DNA of 64,000 nt from Asterias rubens (taxonomy: Eukaryota), in contig NC_047062.1 in NCBI RefSeq assembly GCF_902459465.1, positions 33,294,001 to 33,358,000 of the forward strand, in the 5' to 3' direction. Below the pieces are notes generated by a model. The model was not told the origin of the DNA. It saw only the letters and a program-made list of their open reading frames with translations, and did no database searches. Numbering within the stretch: the first letter of the stretch is position 1; the number at the start of each line of letters is the position of its first letter. This document shows positions 12,315 to 23,700 of the stretch, piece after piece. The position numbers were made by a program, and so were the translations under genes.

Positions 12315-15300
12315 ATGGGTGGCACCCATTCTAGGTCGGAGGACCTTAGAAAGAAGACATTCATGAACTCTACCCACTATATTGATTCTCTTCACGAGGT
12401 ACGATTCCATTGACTATACATAATCTAAGTTACAGCTAGTTAAAACAAACTTGGGACTAGTCAAAACTCTCTCCAAAATAGTCTGGGTTGCTACTTCAGT
12501 TTTGAAATGAAATATGGACAAGTAAAATGGTTCGTAAGAGTACGGTAGTACATTTTTCAGATGTGAAATAAACAGCTATGTGGTCCTGCTGTCTAGTCAC
12601 TGAACACCTAACTCTTCCTTAACTGAGGATTAATCTTAGGGCTTAGGAAGAGTTCAGTTCTGTATGTCCTATTGCTTTTTTCCTCTAAACTTTTAAGTGA
12701 TCTGTGTATCACAGTGTACATTTTCTTTAAATCATCCACAGTATAAGTTAGCAACGGTCAAAACTTTATGATTCAGCAGCCTGTTGAATTCTAATCTTGA
12801 CGCGTCTTCACATATGCTGAGGTACAAAGTACAAGTATCATACACCGTTTCCTGTGAAAAGTTGACAGATGGCAGACTGATCAATTTGAGGGTGGTCAGC
12901 CTTGAACTTTATTTTCTTGTAGGTGCCTGCACTAGTGTAGATACAACTTTAACTTTATCTGTTTTTTGGGGTGGGTTTTGGTGGTCGTAACCAGTAACTG
13001 TTTCGGTTGAATTTGCTATTGGTTTGTCACTGGCTAATGACTGAAACAGTTATTGGTTACGACCAACAAAACACACCCATTGCATAATCTTAAAGATTTA
13101 CTACTGCATAAGAATGCACTCTACTCCTTTTCTTAAATATAAATGGTTACATTTACACAGAAATTATGTCCTTTTTGATGATTGTTTTTTTACAATACGG
13201 CTCAGTGATTCAACAATTCTTTGCTGTATTTTTTTAAAATGACGATTTTATGACTTGTTGAAAAAGGTACACCACACAAAGTGGAGGGAAGGATCTATAT
13301 TCTACATGTAAACTGATATTTGACAAGCCGAAACACTTAAAGGGTACTTGTTTATGACAAAAAAGTCCTGATCTGTAACTGGTACAGGTCACGTAGTTCC
13401 ATAAATACCCTCAGTGGTTTGTGACAAAGGGAATGAGTGGTGATAATTTCTTCAGACAGACAGACAGTGGACAATGGTTTTCAAAAGCACTCAGTTCCCT
13501 TGAGAAGACTAGGAACAGAATAGCAAAGTAGCTTTAAGGCCACACTCCAAGGCTCACTCACAAACTTAACCAAGTATGAAATACAATCAATTTAGAAGAT
13601 ACAATCTGACTTGGTTTTTGTATGGAAATTGAGTGGACCAAGAGAGTGAATTGTGCCCACGCTCTTGAATGTATTCTGAATTTGATTTGTCTCCATATGG
13701 TACGCTAAATAGCATTTACTATTGAAGCCTCTGACGTCATTGCTCAACTTCTATACAATCATATTCAACGAACCATATAATGCAATAAAAACGATAATTG
13801 AATGAATATTTAATTGATTCTGATTATATTAGAGAACGGGAAATTATTACAATGAATCTGTCTAATAGATGTAAATGACTTGCAGGAATTTTAAATCCCA
13901 CTCAAGTAGTATGTCATGTGGATCTTTGTCTGTTTTTTAACACTTGGGTTAAATAACACGTCTGTTTTGGGTAAACCAAAGTAAAAAATCGTCTGTTTTG
14001 GGTAAAACCAAAGTAAAACATTAAATAAGTGGCTACTAACAACTTAATAGAAGAATTCACAGCAATTGCTAGGGTGTCTTCTGGTTTTGCCGTGGTGCCC
14101 TCTGTAAAATTCCAATACAAATTTACATTTTCCTCATAGAAGTGCCCCTTTCAAGGGCATAATTCATGACCTGGAAAATTTTTAACACTGAATTAACTTG
14201 TCATTTATATTGTTTCTTTTGATGCAAGGTCCCTGGTTACTTCTCAAGAACTCAAGATGTTACAGATTTCCTCGGGGAGGACTTCCCATCTGAGAGGAGG
14301 ACAGAGATGTCTTATACAGGTCCTCCATCTCACCTAAGTCTCTCACAAGATGTCCATCCATTCCTTGATCGAGTCGGATCGGATTTTCAAGCCTCGGAAA
14401 GATTTGTGAATCGAAGCCAAGTGAAGGAAGATGTACCGTCAAGTTTATTACCATCTGCGGATACAGCGGAAGATTATCGAGATATTGAGGTTCGGGAAAC
14501 AATGGCTACCCTTAAGGAACAGGTTAAAGAAGCTCTGGCTAAAAAGAGGAACATTCAAGTAGAGACTGTGCCCTCAGGACCCCCTGAGGAATCACCCGAT
14601 GCACCCGAACTTGAATTGCCAACAGATGAGAAGAGCACCTTAGACTTTTTAGACTCAATAATCAATGAGAGTATGGATTTAGATATTGGTGGGGATAGCC
14701 CCGAGGTTGAGTCGGACTCTGAAGCTAATTGGATTATGAGAGATAAAAGCAAGACACCTTTACCTGGACTAATGCACAGCACTGTACCTGATTTACCAAT
14801 GAGTCCATCACAGCCACCTTCAAGACCTTCTAGTGGATTCTTCCGCAATAGTATGTACCTTCCAGACTCAGATACCATCCATTCCTTAGGTCGGAGTAAA
14901 CCTAAACCTCCTCCACCACCAACTAAACCCAAACCAACCAACCGACATTCACGCCATATTCCAGATGAGATTGTATTCAGAAATAACATTGATGTACGAT
15001 ATGTGACATCTCCACCACCCATTAGACCAATTCAATCTGTAGACATCCTCGGTGCCATAGACACAATGGACAGTAAAAACAGTAGTAATGCCAGTACTGA
15101 AGACATGGGAATTGTCCTTGATGATGTCACAAGTGATGAAGGTAGTAGAAACGGCGAGATGGGGAACATATACGACACCAAATCGCGTGTGAAGGGGGTC
15201 CGTGCTTTAGTTAGTATGTATTCTGAGGAAGGGGATTCCCCAACGGACCGCCACTCAGGTTATGACTTCTCACCTAATGACAGCATGGTGGGTTTACATT

Positions 15301-15506
15301 ACCCGGAACGAGACTACTCGTTTGGAAATAATAACAACAGTAACTCAGCAAGGTTCTTCAGTGAGAAGGATAATAAGACAGACACATCTACGACGTATGG
15401 AACAATATCATCTGAGGATTCAGCATTAGGAGATGGTAGGGAAGTTGTGGATGATGCGGTTCTGGGAATCATACATTCTGAACTTGAAAAGCTTAGAATA
15501 AATTGA
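12315..15506 (+). CDS. Uncharacterised, largely disordered protein with an N-myristoylation motif and a poly-proline motif (453 aa)
   Basis: Coding exons 12315-12398 (MGGTHSRSEDLRKKTFMNSTHYIDSLHE, donor GTACG, phase 0) and 14229-15506 (acceptor TTTCTTTTGATGCAAG, phase 0, in frame with the 399-aa ORF). A likely non-coding first exon ends at the strong donor AAG/GTAAGT at 10760, and exon 2 starts at 12253. A U-rich putative 3' UTR runs to AATAAA at 19274. Confidence 0.75.
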
Positions 15507-18500
15507 ATTGTAACATTCCATTTATAACTATTCATAATTCATTTTTAAGCTAGGTGTAAGTTTAGTGGGTATTCAGATATTTTATCACAATATTTTATTC
15601 GGTATTATAGTAAATAAGGAAAATAGGTTTTTAAATTGAAGTATTTTGTTATATTCCTGCGCAAGTCGTTTAAAACTGACAGTCGTGAAGCACTTTAAAT
15701 GGACAGTTAGTATAAAAACAAAAAATACATGTGTCACAAATGGTTACTGAGGTGGGAAAGTCGCAGTCCCATCCAAGCTAAACCTGAAGAAAAATTTCAA
15801 CATTGGTTTCATTTTGACAACACGGAAATCCCTACACTCTGATTATTTCTCATCGTTTTTATTTCTGTTTGTTATGCTATCATTTTACACTTAAGTGGCT
15901 TACAGCATTATATTCAATGGCAATTTGAAAACTTATAAGAAACGAAATACAGTCCTTGTCCCAAATTTAAGAAATTAGTATTTAGCCCTCATTTTTTGTC
16001 CTATCATGAACTTCATTCATTGTTTTATATTTCCAATTTGCATTCACAACACAGGTCAAGTTTCTAACCTCTTCTTTTTACACAAAACTCCCTTTTGATG
16101 TGGTCTTTGGGATTGTGGTTTAACATTAATAATAGTTTATAATTTACCTTTTGTTCTTAAAAAGTAAGATTTGTTTTTACTGTTTTTATACTTTGTGACT
16201 ACATGTAGATGGTATTAAAGGGTTTCAGGTGTGCTAAGTTCTTCCACAAATTTAAAGTAGAAACAGTAAAAATGTGTTGGGGGAATTAGTGTCCAAGTGT
16301 TTGTGTTGGTTACAGTACATCATCTTTTCTATAAAACCTGCACAAATAAAAAAGAATTCTGAGGTGTAAAAAAGCCTGAAGTTTTGTATCTTTGTTATCA
16401 GAAAAACTTGAAACCTAGTAGCTGTAGTGGAGTAACATTTGATAAACCTTGGAATGGGAGTCAATTCCATTATTGCAATGTACGCAGTAACATTATGATC
16501 AACAGGATCAGGTCAATTCCAGCTTAGCATATTTATTGTGTACTCTTAGGCTTCACTAAACCAATCCAATATTTATTTGATCATTGTAGACTTATTCAAT
16601 GGGATTTTATTACCTTATGTAGAAACATTCACTTACATGTATTTTGGAACAAGTATCAAAAGGAACTCAGCACTTTTCTGGTTTATATCGTACTACATCT
16701 TATTACAACATTTGCCAATTCAGACCAAAGATAATTGAGCGCCAATGGCACAATACGTGAAATGTTCACTGGACGCCATTTCAGTAAGCATATCTTTTTA
16801 TACAATTGATCAACATAGACAATTAACAATGACCATTGCTATCAATGATATAAAAAACATTTGCTTGCTGAAATGGCGCCTATCTACGTACATGTATGTA
16901 TTTCATGTTCCAATAACAGAGTGTGCCTTTTGCGCCTCTAGTGGCACTCTATAATCTTTGATTCAGACTCAACCGTATCGGTCTTTTGTATTCTAAAGCC
17001 TGGTGGTGAACCCCGTATGCTAGGCTCTACCTTTGCTATAAGATCCACATTATCTACTGATGTACTCAACTAAACCTGTATACCTCATTATAAATAGTAT
17101 TATATAACCTGATAAACTGTCTATTGGAACAAAAGAATGACATTGCATTTAATAACTCCACCCACTGTTTACTAAGTGGCATGAAGTGTAGATTTAACGC
17201 ACACTTGACGTCAGTTTTGTTGGTTGTGTATGCAGTGAGTTCAGGGTCTTCACTACAGTGAAGTGAACTTAATTAACATCTACATGAAGCCACGTCATAT
17301 TGCCCTGATCTATTTATTATGGGCGTAGTGGTGTGTTTAATTTACACAAACTGGAGGTCTAGAATGCCAGCACTTTATTCAGGTTTAATATCCTTCTCAA
17401 ATATTTGATAATTGTTCGTACTATCATGTCCAACTGTTTTGCCTTTTGGTCTGGTGTGCTATTACGTTCCGTACTGCAATTGGGTGTTTACCGCTACAGT
17501 GTGCCAGTATTCATGCTTTGTGTTTTTATTTCATTGTATCAAAGAAAGAAATGGAATTTTATGTGCCTGGGAAATGAAACTTCCGTCTGTTAATGTGATT
17601 TGTTGTAAATTTATTGAATGGCGTTGTACTGAGCTTGCAAACAGGTGATTTTGTAAGCAAGGACAAATTGGCTTGCCTTGGTGTATCATTGATGGTTAAG
17701 GTTGATGTATTCAGAAAAAGACGAATTAGAAATCAAGTCACATAAAGTTTGAGGGAGTTATTCATTTCAACTGTATTCTTTTTTGCAATGTTTTTTCATG
17801 CATGGCTGTCATTATTGTCAGGTAGCTGAAAGAAATCTTTCGAAGCTTGATCTATAGGCACAGTGTACATTCAATATCAGGAATTTGTTCATGTCACACA
17901 CACCGCATTGATTCATCATTACACAACATGGGATGGTTTTGTCATACAGGAAATTCCTACACGTAGGCAACTTGGAGGTAACCAATGCACACAAGATGCT
18001 AGTTTTTTTAACTGTCTTAGTTAATGTTACCCTAATATTCATTACTTTTAATATGACTGTATCCAATCCTTTATTTCCAACCAAACCAGTTTGCGTGTGT
18101 TATTCAAGTACATTGTCAAAGCAATGCAGTCTGCACCCAAACAGTGTCTACGCTTTAAAGTCTTCTTTATGGCCTTTGAGAGTTTAATGTCCCAATAAAT
18201 TCTGTTGTGAAATGGTTTTACTATTTTACTACATGTAGTTTACAGAATATTGATGCCTAAATACAATTGCAGAAACCTTTTTGCAGAATGAAGTGTCTGT
18301 TAATGGCCAAACGAATCGGCAAAATTAAAGGTTTTTTTGATGTTTTATGAGGTGTTGCACAATCAAAACATTTTTATATTCAGGAATGTTATTCCAGCTT
18401 TAATCTGCCGCTTTTTCCAAAGAATTCATACTACAATACAACAGAAGTAACTTTGTTGAGAGTTTAAAGGATGCTATTTTAGCAGGTGGTATGGTCTTTA

Positions 18501-20135
18501 CAGGCAGTTTTATAAATCATGTGAAGTGGGTGTGACTTGCAGCCTTTCTTTGTGTGGAACTTTACCTTTAGAGCTCACTGTATCAAGTAAAATGTAATGG
18601 TTTTCACAACAAACTGGAATTTCATCTAGACTGAAATGTTTTCACTATTAAAAACCGCAGTGGTATTTATACAGAGTTGAAGAAGTTGTTTTATTTTCTG
18701 GAAAATGTGTGGAATTAAGCTGAAAGCTTGACTGTTATTTGTATATCTTGATGCTTGTGAATTCTGGCTGTGTGTGTGTCTTAAACGTTTTTGATCATCT
18801 AGGAGAGAGTTTGAGAAGTTGTTACAGTTTTTTGACGTCAGTGTTTATCTACTTCTTTATATTATTATAGTCTTATTATTACATATTTTATATTTTAGTA
18901 ACAGTCTTGTATCATTCCATGGAGTGTGCTTTGTAGATTTACAGGGAGTAATATCACAACAGATCTATTTTCTTTTTCCTATTCTGAAGTAGATAATTTC
19001 CTCACTTAACAAAGAGTGTGTGAAACTACGTATTATTTGATCACCATTTTATCTTTATTTCAAAGTTTATTTTTAATAGTTTTTAAATGAAATTCTTTTT
19101 AATATTTGTATTTGTTTTTCCATTGTGAAATTTTGGGGTTTTATATTTATTGCCAATGTGTCCCGTGTAAAATGTGGCACAGAATAGAAATGACTTGTTC
19201 TTGTAAAAACACATTTAAAATCATAAAACTTAACTGAAAGTTTTTGTCATGTTAATCTTATAAAATTCATGTAAATAAAAAATGCATGTTATTGAAAGGT
19301 CAACTGAAACATTTCTGTCTTCTTTATGTCATTATTGAATTGTGTAAAAAATTCCAACAGTTTTTTATTTTCACTGTTAAATTTTCACTTCTTTTTTTCA
19401 TTAGTCCTTTGAAAGCTTATTCTCATCCATTTGTCAATCCAACTACGAAATTCCAGTCCTATTTTCACGGCAAGGATTTAAAGTTACTTTAAGTAAAGGG
19501 GGTTGAACAAAATGTCAAGCCTGATTTGCCTGCAACTACAGGATCAACACAAAGAGGTTTTGACAGAAAATACTGCGGAAAGCCTACCATTGTTCCCTTT
19601 GTCAAGTGGAATAGTTCAAAATTTTCTGGAGCACTTGCCATGGATAAATACCAAGTATTCCAACACAATAGTTCCATGCAATCATGTTTAGGTTCACCCC
19701 GTGGTGACTTGAAATAATTTACCTTCCGTTTTGAAGTTTGACAAACGTGTTCAATCATGGGTTACCTTCCCCAAGGTTAAACCCAGACAATGACATGTTA
19801 ACAAGAAAACTTCTAAATAATTTGCCTTTTGTGGATACAACCACCCAGATCCAAATAATAGGTAACTTTGGTTAAAAGCCTGAAGTCTTATTGCTCTTCT
19901 AAGGCTAGGTCATACAGAAAGGTTATTATGAAGAGACGGTTTTTTTATTGTGAGAATGGTTCCTCCAAAATTATATGTTCAAGGGTATCGTTAATTGCAC
20001 TCATGAGGGCCTAGCTTCATAACATTACTTTAAAACTTCCCGCTTAGCAGCTAGCTTCATAACACTACTTTAAAACTTCCTGCTTAGCAGAAATGAGCAG
20101 GACACCAGTTATAAAATTGTACATGTCACATGCTA

Positions 20136-20379
20136 TTTGACTGGTAACCATATTCTGGTAAGCATTAAAGTTTTCTGGTAAGCATTAATTTTGTCTGCTT
20201 ACTTAGCTTACTGTGCTTTACTGACTCTATGATGAGATTGAGCCCTGATAAAGAAAATTTGACTGGTAACCATATTCTGGTAAGCATTAAAGTTTTCTGG
20301 TAAGCATTAATTTTGTCTGCTTACTTAGCTTACTGTGTTTTACTGACTCTATGATTACATTGAGCCCTGATAAAGAAAA
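20136..20379 (+). repeat. 122-bp tandem duplication inside a MITE family B remnant
   Basis: TTTGACTGGTAACCATATTCTGGTAAGCATT...GAGCCCTGATAAAGAAAA occurs at 20136 and 20258. A 41-bp duplication (CTAGCTTCATAACA...) lies just upstream, near 20010-20090. Confidence 0.9.
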
Positions 20380-20760
20380 AAACACTCAAAAACTCTGTCA
20401 AGTACAGTATAAGTGGAATATATACACATGAGGTTTAGCAGTAATTGGGTTTGTCATTGAGTTATTGATCACAAACAAAAGAAACAAAAGGAAGTTCAAA
20501 TTGATATGTAGCAGAATTCTTTAAGAGATTTGCATACCACGAGGGGGCGCACTTCAAAAAAACACCCAAGGAAATAAAAAATAATAGCCGAATATTTCAA
20601 GAGATTTGCACACAAACAGAGGGCGCACTTCTTAAATGCCAACTTGACAAAACACGTGTGTGTGGTAACAACCAAGATCAGAACACACGGTTTAGAGCCT
20701 TGACCAGTCACAGTATTACTTTTTGTAATACTATATCGAGGAGAAATAAAGCCAAGAAAG

Positions 20761-23700
20761 ATGGGAAAGATAAAAACTATCACCATAGATCAACCTCAAC
20801 TAGCATTTGAAATGATTAACAAGACGAAGAAGAAAAAGAAGAAACCAAGGGCCAGGTAAGACCTCAAAAATAGAAGTGTTACGAGAAAAAAAAATGTGTG
20901 CTGTGTGTGTCATGTGTGTAATATTGCACACTGTACAGTGTATCTACTGACTACTAGCTATGCCTAGGTAGCGACATGGACCCTGAACACATGGTACTAC
21001 TATTACTAATATACAAGTAAAGTAGTAGGCCTACTAATAAGAGCTGAATGGCATGCTAACTAACTGACATATACTTCATGTAATTAGGAATGAGATCATT
21101 CCACCATTGATTGTTGGGAAAAGAGAAAACTAGTTGCGATATAACGACTAACGTAACCCTCCTCCCGACGGAATCCCAATCATGACGATACAGGACAGTC
21201 TGACAGTACTATGAATTAACAGCTGTAGTTGATTTGGTCAAATTCTGGAGCTGTGGTGTGAATGATTCTATGTTTTGCTACCCAACATTTTCTGGCTATT
21301 GACCTGAGCTACATTGTGTGTCTCTACAAGCCAAACTTTAAACTGTAACTGAAAATGTCTTATAATTCTCCAGACCTCTTCTCATTTCAAGGCATTTCAG
21401 TTGTTTATGTCCACAGGTCCGACAACAAAACTCATTACATTATTTTACATAATCCTTCGTTACTTAGCCAAAGTGAGAAATTGAAATTATCAATAATAAT
21501 GTTTGCTTTCTCCAAATTTATTACAGGAGTCAAACTGCCAAGACATCTGCAGAAGAAAAGGGCAGCTCTCTGCAAACGACTGCTCCAGATAGCAGTGGGA
21601 ATGACCCGTACGCCATCGGTCAGATTGCTGGTTTGCTGACCAGTCAAAAGGGTCAATCGGACACAAAGCATCTTAAAGAGAAGGATGCATTGTTTTCAAT
21701 GTTTGGTTCAGTTGGCTCAACTAGTGGCCCAACCTGCAGGACCAGACCAGCATTTGTTCCTCTTACTGCTGCTGGGTTGCCAAAGACACAGAAAACACAA
21801 GGACAAGCAAAAGATAAAGAGCCCCCAAAGCAAACAGGCAGGTGTGTTAATTTCAGCAATTGGTAAAATAACCAAACATTTTCATTTAGGGAGCAAGTGG
21901 GGGCAAAGAAATAAACTGGGTGGGAGTGGGGGGGGGGGGGCAGGCGGAGCGGGATATAGCAATTAAGAGGCTAATTGACGTATCAGACCATTCGTTTGTA
22001 CATCTCTTTTTGAGTGGGGGCAAAGGTTAGCCTGTGTAATTTTAGGACCGATGTCTGAACAGAAATGAATCACTTGTACATACAAATTTGATGAGATGAA
22101 TTGGATTTGCCTTTTGAAACATTTGTTATTGTTTACTCTCAATTTGAAAATCTAATTTCTTGCAGTACAAATCAGAAGCAGCAGCCAAAGCAGGAAGAAC
22201 AGCAGCCACCTCCAAAGGCAGTAAAAAAACCATCCCCACAAGAGAAGCCTGCAGAGAAGTCTAAAGACACCGGTAAAGAAGATTCCACACCGAAACGACA
22301 TAAACCCAATCCAGAAGAACTGAAGAAGACTGTCTTTGTTGGGAACCTTCCCATTTCATTTGACAAAAAGGTACTTAAATGTCTCAGTCTTTGATTGTAC
22401 TAGGTAATAAGCCACAAAGGAAACTGATTGGGTAAATTGTTAATCAATTGGGGTTGAACAAAGAAAAATTGACTATAGCAGGGTCTGAACCAACGATCTC
22501 TGGATAAACGTCTCGACTCTCTACCAAAAAGACATTGTTATTAAAGGAGTTTAGATGATTGTTATTAACATTGTAGTACAAGATCATTTGAAGTAATTTT
22601 CATCTATGTTGTTACTTTTGACCTACATGTACACATTCCGAACAAAGATAACCAATTGCTGTAATTTCTTGAGCTGCAAAATATGAAACGTTTTACAGCG
22701 ACACACCGTGCTCAAACCGTTCTTTAGCTCAATTGTCATTCTATATATATATGTACCGTACACATGATTTAATTTGTTGTTTTACTTTTCATTTGTAATC
22801 ATGAATTCTAGAAACTACAGAAGCTATTCAGGAAGTTTGGAGAGATTAAGACTATGCGGTTTCGTTCAGTGGTAAGTGAAATATGATGATTCTCTCTAGT
22901 CAGTGTGTAGATAGATGTAGGATCTAATAGATGTTAAATTTGCAACGAGGATAAAGAATATTAATTTTGGTTTTGAACCCATACACCTGTATACTCAGTT
23001 TTTCCCCCGAGTTCTGTGAAAAATATCACAGGCATATTACTCGGGTGGGATTCGAAACCACAACCCTTGTTGTAGGATCTTATGTAATTCATGGTTCAGA
23101 TACATGGAGAGTCACAAGGGAACTGGTTGCTACATAAAACTAATATGAAAAAGCTACATTGTACTTGATTTGACATACTGAACTGTATGGAAATGTAACA
23201 AACTATCCACTAAAATACAACAACCTGATCTAAGACTACCAGGGCACTCATACATAAACATCAAAGCTCAGTTAAACAGGTGTAGTTGCCAGGGTCATTG
23301 GGTGCAAAGGGTTATGGTGTATTTTTTCCCATTAATTAACTTCTTTTGGATGTTTGTTTCTTCTTCAGGCTCCATCCGACCCAGATCTTCCTAAGAGAGT
23401 TATTGCTCATACGTAAGTTGTGTTTACTTCTGTTATTTTACTCTCTAACTTTCAATAGAATATTGAATAAATTCATGTGAGTTTGATTCATTACAAAAGA
23501 ATTGGCTTTTGCAATCTGTTTTATATAGCGGTGGGGGAGGGGGGGTTGGATCCCCTACTCATAACAATAACTGACTGGGTTCTTTTACGTTCATTACACA
23601 ACACACTGGACCTATGGCTTGATGTCGCATCCGAAGAGTGAAACAAAGTGTCAAGACTGGGACTCAAACCCACAATCTGCTGATTAGAAACACCAGAGCT

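Noticed and set aside
21170-21310. C/D-box snoRNA in RBM34 intron 1 (ATGACGA..CTGA..CTGA)
   Set aside because: The C box is imperfect, and I found no terminal stem or recognisable rRNA guide. It would need snoscan or Infernal.
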